64,000 nt of DNA from contig OZ024743.1 in assembly GCA_964016885.1 (NCBI GenBank), forward strand, positions 107,446,001 to 107,510,000. The letters run 5' to 3'. The DNA comes from Eledone cirrhosa. Taxonomy: Eukaryota. Under the pieces are notes generated by a model that saw nothing but the letters and a program-made list of their open reading frames with translations, made no database searches and was not told the DNA's origin. Below, piece by piece: positions 44,048 through 54,078 of the stretch. Position 1 is the first letter of the stretch. Each line of letters starts with the position of its first letter. A program made the translations under genes and the position numbers.

Positions 44048-44660
44048 TGGTGGCTGCCAACTCGTTTTCGAGTATGGCCACTACTTTATATCCATGTAGG
44101 AGAACCCCCACCGATGCACTGAACGAGTGTGACTTCTTAGTCCAGCCAGCGACTTGAAAACTCTAGTACAAACACTACACTTGTGACAATTATTGACACA
44201 TAGTGCTAGGCCCATGGTACCATGTGACGACAAGTGAAGAGAGATCTCCAGATATAAAGCAATGCCTGTGCCGTGAAGCTTTTATAGTGAGCAAAGGCAC
44301 TGCACAAAGCCAGTCCCACTCTCTTAACGAAGATGATATTTACCAAAAAGAAGAACAAGTCAACATCATTGGATACCATCAGAGTTGCAGGTGTTACATC
44401 AGAGTTTTCCTTCTCCTAGAATTCTGCCTTGACAAAGGCTAAGGGGTCATCTCTCTCGGTGATTTTGGATGGCCATTGACTCTTAAGAGCTCCTTTGCCC
44501 TTTGACAGGTTTTGTTTTTATTCCTGCAGGATGTCCAAAGTCACCCTCCTCACCAAGAAACCTTGGTGGGGTTGCCAGTTTAGTCGCCAACGACCCGACC
44601 ATGAGTCAGGTTGTACTGAGATACATGTTACCAGTAGCACCAACTGGTGACCTGACGTAA
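44048..44660 (-). mobile_element. ~610-bp non-autonomous RTE derivative (5'UTR plus 3' end)
   Basis: Reverse complement of 61678-62290. Contains an RTE 5'UTR-like CTAGGAGAAGGAAAACTCTGA and a residual C2H2 finger HKCSVCTRVFKSLAGLRSHTRSVH. Confidence 0.85.
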
Positions 44661-44690
44661 TATATATATATATACACACACATATACATT

Positions 44691-44898
44691 AATAACAATA
44701 ATAATAATAATAATTGTTTCTACTTTTGGCACAAGGCCAGCAATTACCCAGTGCATTACTGGTACTTTATTTTATCGACCCCGTAAGGATAGAAGGCAAA
44801 GTTAACCTCGACGGGATTTGAACTCAGATCGTAAAGGGACGTAACTACGCTGGAATGCATGTCCGACCCTCCACCGATACTGCCAATTCACCGCCCTT
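44691..44898 (-). mobile_element. Full-length tRNA-derived SINE, short subfamily lacking the G-rich segment
   Basis: Aligns to 42518-42736 minus the TTTGGGGGAGGGG..CGATTAAATCGAC block; B-box GAGTTCAAATCCC; (ATT)n tail. Confidence 0.9.
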
Positions 44899-44993
44899 AT
44901 AATAAAAATAATAATAACAACAATAATAATAACGATAACAACAATAATAATATACATATTCATATATATATATACACATACACGCACACACAT

Positions 44994-45079
<86 letters not shown>

Positions 45080-45081
<2 letters not shown>

Positions 45082-47700
45082 TAGCAAATAACAGCGCTGC
45101 GATCGAATGTGGCTTTTTAGCCCAGCCAATGATCTAAAATGTCTTGCACAGAGTCGGCAACCAAAACATTCGCTGGAAATAGTCGGCTGTAGTTGGAGTT
45201 CATGTACTTTTGCATGTCGCTTGAGCCCTCCTGCTGATTCACATTCTCTACCACATGTTTGGCAAGCATGATGAGTAGCATCTCCAACAGCAGCCTGGTA
45301 GTCAACCACTGGTCTTACTTTATGACTGCGAAGATGACTTTCGAGTCCAGCTTTGCTTAGGCAGAGTCTCGCACAGACGCTGCATATCAGCACCATAGGA
45401 GGACTCTCGCCGTCTGGAAGTGCAACAGCAATGCCCTTCCTCACATCCCGCTTTACTTTCTCGTATGCGATTCGAGATGCCTCAAAGGCAACTTTTCCCT
45501 CATATCCAGTCTTTCTCCATTTATTACGATCAGCAGCAATATTTTCCCATGTATCAGCAGATATGTTAGCGTCTTTCAAAGAGGCTTTCAAGGAATCCTT
45601 ATACCTCTTTTTTGGTTTATGTGGTGGTCGTTTTCCTTTAACCAACTCTCCATAAAAGAGTTGTTTTGGTATTCTAGAATCCTTCATACTGGCAAGGTGA
45701 CCACTCCAACGGAGTCGTCGCTTAAGCACAACAGCTTCTATACTGTCACACATAGAGCTTTCGAAAATCTCGACATCACTGATGTGGTCCCTCCAGTGAA
45801 CGCCATGGATCCGTCTGAGACACATCTGATGGAAACGCTCCACTCCAATTGCTTAAGGTGGTGTCGATATGTGACCCAGGTCTCGCAGGCATAAAGAAGA
45901 CAAGAGAGTACTCATGCCTTGTACACCTTTACCTTTGTCCTCCTGCATATGTCTCGCCGACCCCAGAGTCGCCTTTCTAGCTTTCCGAAAGCATCAATTG
46001 CTTTCCTAATCCTAAGTGAGATTTCACTGTCAAGGTTGCTGTATCGATCGACAGTGCTTCCCAGGTAGACAAACTGATCAACCACTCCAAGTCGTTTACC
46101 ATACACATAGCTATTTAGTTCAGTGTACTGCTTACCAGGGGCAGGTTGGTACATGACGACGGTTTTCTTGAGACTGACAGTCAATCCTAGGGCAGTGCAA
46201 GCGTCAGAAAATGCATTCAAAGTGTGCTGCATATCACTCTCTGTGTGCGCTACAAGATCGCAATCATCTGAATACAAGAGGTCTCTTATGATTGATGTAA
46301 ATACTTTTGACTTTGCAGCAAAGTGCCTGATGTTAAATATCTGCCTGAGGTTCGATATCGGATGTAAACACCATACTCGCAATTCCTGAATGCAATACAG
46401 AAAACCATTGCAAAGTATATGGCAAACAGAGTCGGTGCTGGAATATCCCCCCTGTTTCATTCCATTTTTTACTGAGATAGGCTCCGACATATTACCTCCG
46501 ACATTAACCCAAGCCTTCATCTCGTCATGGAAAGACCTATCTAAAGCAAAGAACTTATCAGGGCAACCAAGTTTCTGGAGAACCTTCCATAATGCAACAG
46601 TATCGAAAGCCTTTGTCAGATCGACAAAAACCTGATACAGATCCAAACCTTGTTCCATGCACTTCTCCTGGAGCTGTCTAGCTGAGAAGATCATATGAGT
46701 AGTGCCGAGTCCAGCACGAAAACCAGATTGACTTTCAGGAAGAACACAATCTGCAATGTGTGTCAGCAGACGGTCCAGAAGCACCCTACATAAAATGTTC
46801 CCTACGACAGAAAGCAATGATATACCTCTGTAGTTCCCACAAACATTTCTGTTACCCTTTCCTTGTACAAGACCACCATTACTGCATCTCTCCAGTCCTC
46901 AGGTACGGATTCATTAGCCCATATCCTGCTAAACAAAGAGTGAAGAAGCTCCAGGAGTCTCTCACCACCATATTGTAGGAGCACAGCATGTATGCCATCC
47001 AAACCTGGAGATCTTCCACTGTTCAGCTTCGAAATAGCCACTGCAACCTCCACAAGCGTCGGAGGTTCTGCGAGAGCTACTTTCACAGGACTTTCTGGAA
47101 TGAGATTGAGGAAATCTTCACTGACGCGAGACGGCTGATTCAAGAGATCATCAAAGTGCTCTTACCACCTTCGTAGAATTCCTTGTGAGTCACAAAGAAG
47201 TTCTTTGCCATCCTTGCTGCGAAGCGGTGTCACAAGAGAAGAATACGGTCCATAAACCTCACGCAAGAGACTGTACAACAGCTTTGTGTTATTGGAATCT
47301 GACGCAGTTTGTGTCTCACCAGCCTTCTCACTCCACCACTTATCCTTCATCTGAGAAAGACTCCAGCTAAGACGTTATTTTAGATCCTTGAGTTCCTCAT
47401 GCAACGTATTCTTCTCCTGTAGTTTTGCCGTCAAGTAGCATGACAGAGCACGCCTCTTATCAGCCAACAAATCTTCTATATGTACATCATTCTCATTAAA
47501 CCAGTCCTCATGTTTTCTCTGCACCAATCCCAGAACACGCTTGCCTACATCATAAACCGACTTTTTAAGGGTCGGCCAATCCTCACCAAGATCTGTAGCC
47601 TGCATCTCTTCTTCCAATGTCCTCTGCACATTTTTATTCTTAAGACGAGCAGCATTCAATCTTTTGGGCAGGCAACACCAGGAGCCCGGATTTTACGTTT
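45080..47700 (-). mobile_element. 5'-truncated, frameshifted RTE-clade LINE (RT plus three C-terminal C2H2 zinc fingers), abutting (GT)n
   Basis: ORF pieces give SPGLDGI, PEDWRDA, LPESQSGFR, FVDLTKAFDTV, GMKQG, LLYSDD, FVYLGS, RRLRWSGHL, RIPKQLFYGEL. Several frameshifts and stops; APE domain absent. Confidence 0.93.
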
Positions 47701-47736
47701 ATACATACATATATACATACATATACATGTATATAT

Positions 47737-47769
<33 letters not shown>

Positions 47770-47774
47770 AATAC

Positions 47775-47808
<34 letters not shown>

Positions 47809-47823
47809 TTATGTATTTATGTA

Positions 47824-47956
47824 TGTCTGATATTCAACCGTCCGTAAACACAGTATGGTACTCAATAAATTAGTAGAGTGTAAACATAAAATTTAATATA
47901 GAGATGGCTTCAACAGGACTAGAACTGTTGCATTCGACAGAAATCATCAGGCTTTC
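47824..47956 (-). mobile_element. HHR element family C, second copy (GAAA mutated to GCAA)
   Basis: Minus strand CTGATGATTTCTGTCGAATGCAACAGTTCTAGTCCTGTTGAAGCCATC..TATTGAGTACC aligns with 39303-39390. Confidence 0.75.
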
Positions 47957-48059
47957 ATGTATATTAATATATATATATACTATCAAAGGTACTTGGGTAT
48001 TAAATAGCAGTTATGTATAGCACTTATGTCGATACTTCAGTGCTGCTTCGAAAACTATA

Positions 48060-48375
48060 CTTTTACAAAATCATCGGCTTTTTCCAAAAGGGGGTTCCTG
48101 CCCCCAGGGGTCCCCTACTCAATATGTGCCAACTCTGAGAGTTCACATTCATCTATAGAACAAACGTAGCCCATGTGTCAAGTTTTGTGAAAATCGGTTA
48201 TGACGTTTTGTTGCATTGCATTGTAGTGCTTCAGTCGACACCAAGGAAGTGGCTGAAGGGGGTTATGTGCCTGGAGGCCCTATAATCAATATCTGGAAAA
48301 ATTAAAGTGCCCATGACCAACCGGAGTACATAAGAAACCTATTGTTGAAAATACTGTAGAAATGCATTAGGCCTG
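48060..48375. mobile_element. Possible Helitron/HINE-like non-autonomous fragment
   Basis: Only a CAAGTTTTGTGAAAATCGGTT motif and two GGGGGTT..TG(C/T)C..GG(A/G)G.CCC repeats; termini not identified. Confidence 0.25.
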
Positions 48376-48501
48376 CTCGCGCGCGCGCGCGTATATGTAT
48401 GTATTTGTCTGTGCGTATGTATATGTATGTGTATGTCTGTCGGAGCATACGTATGTACTGGTCTAAATCTTCACTATTTACTTTTTCTATTTTAAGACAC
48501 A

Positions 48502-48617
48502 GTTAAAATCCTGTCGAGGTTAACTTTGCCTTTCATCCTTACGAGGTCGAGAAAATAAAGTACCAATAATGAACTGGGTAATTCCTGGCCTTGTGCCAAA
48601 AGTAGAAACAACTATTT
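48502..48617 (+). mobile_element. 5'-truncated SINE (short subfamily)
   Basis: Reverse complement of ~44712-44822. Confidence 0.85.
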
Positions 48618-48918
48618 TAATAAACTCTGTAATTTTCGTTTACAATTTTATTTACATCATGCTTAAACTCCGGGGTTGGAAATCATTCGGTTATTTTAAA
48701 TAGAATATTTGTCCAACGCATCCATTTATACCATAAACTTGGTCTTGTCTTTGCATGAAATTGGTCTTCTCGGTCCAGATAACGACGTATTATCCTCGTT
48801 TTTTTCCGTTCATTACCACGGAACGTCTTCACGAACCAAAACATCTGTTGTCCTGTTTTCCTTCGGCTGTAACGTTTCTCGAAATATTTAATTCTGCGTT
48901 CACAGATTACATTTTTTA

Positions 48919-48967
48919 GTTTAAGAAGATCCCGTTAATGTTGAAAGCAGCGATTCTTTGCTTAAAC
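48919..48967 (+). ncRNA. Degenerate minimal HHR (family I)
   Basis: GTTT-AAGAAGA-TCCCGTTAATGTT-GAAA-GCAGCGATTCTTTGC-TT-AAAC, homologous to 39513-39559. Confidence 0.45.
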
Positions 48968-49058
48968 CTTCTTTCTTTCTCAAACCCTCTCGCTTGTTTC
49001 TCATACCCTCTCTCTTTCTCACTCATACCCCCTCTCTCTCTCTCATATACGCTTAGAT

Positions 49059-49116
<58 letters not shown>

Positions 49117-49329
49117 TATGTATACGTACATACATATATGTATACAGACGTACAGTTGTATGTATATATATATATATATATATACATACATGCACACATA
49201 TATATATGTACGTATGGATTCACCGAACATTTATTATAATGCTCGGTGTGTTTGTAAACAAACATCCCGAATTAAGCCGTACAGTGTCTAGCAATCATCG
49301 TTGCCCATTTGTTCAACACTGACAAAGGA

Positions 49330-49372
49330 ACGCTGTACTAGTTTCAAGCTTATTAGCTATCGTCAGCAACGT
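49330..49372 (-). ncRNA. Minimal type I hammerhead ribozyme (family H)
   Basis: Minus strand ACGTTG-CTGACGA-TAGC-TAATAA-GCTT-GAAA-CTAG-TA-CAGCGT; palindromic stem III ACTAGT, GUA site. Confidence 0.8.
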
Positions 49373-49695
49373 ATACCTTCCTGCCATATGGTTGAACGTC
49401 TGAAAGCATATACTTTCCTTATGCATATTAACGGCTGAGCAGCCTCATTTGCATATCGAGTGAGTTAATCGGCCGGGGTTCCGAAAACGATAAACGGAAA
49501 AAATGAAACGAAATTTCATTTCTCACTCTTATTTATTTCATTATACATATTTCAAGGGCCACCAAGGCAAATTATGGCGCGCTTTCATCAGATAAAATAT
49601 AATATAGGTTAGTTTTATAAATAAATATTGACATACCCTGAAAAAATGCAACCAATATTTTGCTTGTTGTATCCCAACAAATTAAATATAACCTC

Positions 49696-49768
<73 letters not shown>

Positions 49769-50108
49769 ACATACATATATATAGCATTAGTGTACATATG
49801 TACGCATATTTTGGTAGATGTACTAATTCTCTATATTTATCTCCAAATTATTTGTTGAGCAAACTTGCCAAATCTACTGCTAATTCATAGTAGTAGTAGT
49901 AGGCTCTTGTCATAATACCACCCCACTCCTAACTGACTAACCTCAGTGTCACGTGATTGATTCTTTAGAATCTGCCACTGACCAGAGGCAGTGAACTTTT
50001 TCAGTGCTCTGGAATTTAGTCCTCGCTAGCTTATTCCATCCACTGAATTATTATTTTTATATGGGTTCCTAGTGTCCGCGCATTGCCTGGGAACTTAGCT
50101 GAGAATAG

Positions 50109-50190
50109 ACTCCCTGATGACGTAATGAATTCTCGATAGTTATATTGTGTAACTATATTTATCCCATTACAGAAACTAATTCGTTGGAGT
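50109..50190 (+). ncRNA. Type I HHR, family E unit 1
   Basis: ACTCC-CTGATGA-C-GTAATG...CATTAC-A-GAAA-CTAATTCG-TT-GGAGT; one mismatch in stem III. Confidence 0.78.
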
Positions 50191-50643
50191 GAAAATTTTA
50201 GTAAGTAAGTTAATTTTTAATTTTTAAAATTTTCTTATTTTACGTCTTTCATATAATTGTTCTCCATCCCCCTGCATAGAACCACCTAGGTACTTTGACA
50301 TAACTTATATATTTGCTAGCATTGGTGTACATCTGTACGCATATGTTGGTAGATGTATTAATTCTCGATATTTATCTCCAAATTATTTGTTGAGCAAACT
50401 TTCCAAATCTACTGCTAATTCATAGTAGTAGTAGTAGGCTCTTGTCATAATACCACCCCACTCCTAACTGACTAACCTCAGTGTCACGTGATTGATTCTT
50501 TAGAATCTGCCACTGACCAGAGGCAGTGAACTTTTTCAGTGCTCTGGAATTTAGTCCTCGCTAGCTTATTCCATCCACTGACTTATTATTTTTATATGGG
50601 TTCCTAGTGTCCGCGCATTGCCTGGGAACTTAGCTGAGAATAG

Positions 50644-50725
50644 ACTCCCTGATGACGTAATGAATTCTCGATAGTTATATTGTGTAACTATATTTATCCT
50701 ATTACAGAAACTAATTAGTTGGAGT
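50644..50725 (+). ncRNA. Type I HHR, family E unit 2
   Basis: ACTCC-CTGATGA-C-GTAATG...TATTAC-A-GAAA-CTAATTAG-TT-GGAGT; perfect palindromic stem III, GUU site. Confidence 0.82.
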
Positions 50726-50917
50726 GAAAATTTCAGTAAGTTAATTTTTAATTTTTAAAATTTTCTTATTTTACATCTTTCATATAATTGTTCTGCATCC
50801 CCCTGCATAGAACCACCTAGGTACTTTGACATAACTTATATATTTGCTAGCATTAGTGTACATCTGTACGCATATGTTGGTAGATGTACTAATTCTCTAT
50901 ATATACATATATATATA

Positions 50918-51220
50918 CGCAGAAGGGATATTCATGTTGTTGGTAATTCAACAAATATAAATGTTTATAACTGATTCAGAGCACTCGTTTAATATTCAAT
51001 GATATTAAATAAATGGCAACTATATCTATAAAACCATATTTAAGTCTTTAACTTCACTATCCAAGGAAAACTTCAACCTAGGCTTTGTCAACATTTATAA
51101 AACACACTTTGTATTTTATCTGATGGAAGCGTACCAAAGTTTTTTGTACCCTTGAGATATATATAATAGAATAAATATGGTTTTATAAATATAGTTTCCA
51201 TTTCTTTAATATCATTGTAC
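50918..51220. mobile_element. Inverted-arm element (50997-51042 vs 51172-51217) with degenerate HHR at 51112-51173 (family K)
   Basis: TATTTTAT-CTGATGG-AAGCGTAC..GTACCCTT-GAGA-TATATA-TA-ATAGAATA; two core mutations. Confidence 0.55.
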
Positions 51221-51294
<74 letters not shown>

Positions 51295-51563
51295 GTGGAA
51301 GGTTAATAAAATCGAAGCTTTGGCTGCGTCCAAGTAAAATCCACCTAAAATTAGGAATAAGTAGCAAAGCACTCAATAAGGGGAGGCCCTCAGGGTAATA
51401 ACATACGTTTAGATAGCTTGACAAATTGAAAATTGCGGCAGGCAAAACCCTGCCATACAATACCAAAACAAAGAAAAAGGTAATCAGGTTTGCCAACAGA
51501 TCTGGACAAATTGAACGATATTCAGCAATACGTCCCACATGTTTCTATGAATCATCAATCCAA

Positions 51564-51624
<61 letters not shown>

Positions 51625-51741
51625 AGGGTAAATATTGATGCAATTCAATTCAACCACTCAACGTACTTTTTCCACATAGGAGTGAAGGAGTAAATATCGA
51701 ATAAGGAAAAGCGAAGTAGTTTCAGATGTTCAAGTCCTTTA

Positions 51742-51890
51742 TTAATAATTGTTTCTACTTTAGGCACAAGGCCACCAATTACCCAGTGCATTACTGGTAC
51801 TTTATTTTATCGACCCCTTCAGGATGAAAGGCAAAGTCAACCTCGGCGGGATTTTGCCTTTCATCCTTACGGGGTCGATAAAATAAAGTC
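51742..51890 (-). mobile_element. 5'-truncated SINE with inverted duplication of its core
   Basis: 51799-51835 is the reverse complement of 51853-51889 with 2 mismatches; absent from the right arm of the host element. Confidence 0.88.
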
Positions 51891-51903
51891 ATTTAATAAT
51901 AAT

Positions 51904-51977
51904 GCTGTGATATATATTTCAATGACGACACTGGCCACAATGTTCTGTGTCGGAGCATCGTGACATCATCAGACAGC
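51904..51977 (-). ncRNA. Type I HHR, family F left arm
   Basis: Minus strand GCTGT-CTGATGA-TGTCACGATGCT...AGTGTCGTCATT-GAAA-TATATA-TC-ACAGC. Confidence 0.82.
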
Positions 51978-53307
51978 TTGTTACATAATAAGGTTATGTT
52001 TCCGAGGCAATCCAAATTCAATCGTCATGGGAACGGATGAAGTGCATGCTTTTGGGTTTTTCATCCGTTCCCCTGTGAGTACCAATTCACCCCCACCGGT
52101 CTGCGCAGGCGCATGTCCGAAGGAAGTTGACCATTAGCTACCGCAGATTTCAACGAAATTCGCTTAGTCAGCCAAACAACGGCCCACCTATGCCTATACC
52201 ATAGTTTACTGCTACCCATCCCGACTGTTGCAGTCAGCCTAAAGCCAGAGGGGATGGGAGAGTGTTAGTTTGTACAGGTCATAATACTACCTCTCACCAA
52301 GCCTTGACAGTACGACTGACCATCAACTCATAAGGGGAAATAAACTTAATTCTAGGTATCATGGTTTTACATTGGAAGTTAAGAGTAAGAGTTGGAAATA
52401 AAAATTAAAATCCTAAATCAAATATCAGAAATTATATATTAAACAATTAACAATTAGAAATTAAAAAAATTTAAACATTTTTCAAGTGAGAATTCTAATT
52501 TAGGTGAGTAAAAAAAGATAGATTGAAGTGAGTAAATAATATGGAGAGAGATGTTTAAGTAATAAGTTCTGAGAGGGGTTCTAGTGTCACAGTTACTCTA
52601 TCCACATATTGTACGACAGTGCCGTACATTATAACGGAGGGCAAACTACAGGGTTCAAGGCATTAGTCAATCTGGTACACAGTCATAATTTCCATCACAT
52701 GGAACAAAACCAAAGAAAAACAGACATAAAGTACACAAGAGAAAAGAACAGAACCAATAGTGAATAAATGCAAAACCACAGAGTACAAATGATCCATATG
52801 ATTGTCCATCTGTCCATGAATAGATTGAATTGAGGGGGCTTCTGTTCGAATGCGATTTGTTGCAGGAAAGTAGGGGTTTATCTTATTTTTTGTTTCCGCA
52901 TATTTAACCTGCCGAAAGTTACTATTATGTCCGTCCAGTGTCAGGGCTTTCCATCCCCATGGTAGAGGGAATTTTCGGGGTAGCTCATGGTTGGTTCCTC
53001 TCTTCTCCACTATATCGGTTACTCTGGCTTTACGCTGACTGCCACAGTCGGGATGGGTAGCAGTAAACTATGGTACAGGCATAGGTGGGCCATTGTTTGG
53101 CTGAGAGGGTGAACTGACTAAGCGAATTTCGTTGAAATCTGCGGTAGCTAATGGTCAACTTCCTTCGGACATGCGCCTGCGCAGACCGGTGGGGGTGAAT
53201 TGGTACTCAGAGGGGAACGGATGAAAAACCCAAAAGCACGCACTTCATCCGTTCCCATGTCGCATGAATTTGGATTGCCTCGGAAACATAACCTTATTGT
53301 GTAACAA

Positions 53308-53376
53308 GCTGTCTGATGATGTCACGACACTCGCACACAGTGTGGCCAGTGTCGTCATTGAAATATATATCACAGC
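53308..53376 (+). ncRNA. Type I HHR, family F right arm
   Basis: GCTGT-CTGATGA-TGTC-ACGACACT...AGTGTCGT-CATT-GAAA-TATATA-TC-ACAGC; AUC site. Confidence 0.85.
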
Positions 53377-53422
53377 ATTATTATTAAAGGACTTGAACAT
53401 CTTGAACTACTTCGCTTTTCCT

Positions 53423-53474
<52 letters not shown>

Positions 53475-53579
53475 GGGGGGGGGGCTGTATGCATAAGTAG
53501 ATTTATTTATGATTTAAATTAAAATTATATATGTAGGTAGAGAGAGAGAGAAAGGGAGGTAGAAAGAGAGAGAGAAAGA

Positions 53580-53659
<80 letters not shown>

Positions 53660-53924
53660 TCGTTTAAGAACATCTCCAAATGTATCAATTTCTTGAGTGG
53701 CTTAAACATTCACTAGTTCTTCGCACCGCTTTCTAGCCGCCACGTCATCCTGTCATATATATGTGCCCTAGTATGTAAAACCTTTTTTCACACCAAGTGA
53801 AATTGGGATTTAATCAAATCCCGAGTGATGTATAAAGGTATTTTGTACAGTGTGCGACCTATTTAAATATAATTACTCGGAGGATAAGTTTCTGTTTTCC
53901 ATTACTTTATCAAAATCATTAATC

Positions 53925-53992
53925 AATAAAATAAAGTACCAGTAATGTGCTGGGTATTTGCTGGCCTTGTGCCAACAGTAGAAACAATTAAT
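53925..53992 (+). mobile_element. SINE 3' fragment with ATTAATCAATAA direct repeat
   Basis: AAATAAAGTACCAGTAATG..GCTGGCCTTGTGCCAACAGTAGAAACAATT; repeat at ~53918-53929 and ~53987-53998. Confidence 0.8.
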
Positions 53993-54078
53993 CAATAATT
54001 GATCGCTCCCGGTTTTTTTTTCAATATGAAACGTCTCCTTAAGGAAAAAGGGCTTTTTTCACCTTTATATATATATAT

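Larger units (their letters stand above)
49782..50901 (+). mobile_element. Retrozyme-like tandem array: 2.1 copies of a 535-nt non-coding unit with one HHR per unit (family E)
   Basis: Unit starts at 49782, 50317 and 50848; copies are nearly identical; flanked by TA-rich microsatellite; no ORF reported. Confidence 0.9.
51700..53426. mobile_element. 1.7-kb element with ~400-bp inverted arms (51700-52250, 53022-53426), each carrying an outward-facing HHR (family F)
   Basis: Arms are reverse complements with scattered differences; the left arm is interrupted by a SINE; the ~770-bp spacer has no recognisable coding content. Confidence 0.88.

Noticed and set aside
51531-51565. HHR-like TTGATGA-TTCATA-GAAA-CATG-TG on the minus strand
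   Set aside because: Stem I does not pair, U3/G8 is not compensated, and the triplet is GUG; at best a dead remnant.
51700-53426. DNA transposon/MITE interpretation of the long inverted repeats
   Set aside because: No transposase, no clear TSD, and the arms contain PLE-type HHRs; not fully excluded.
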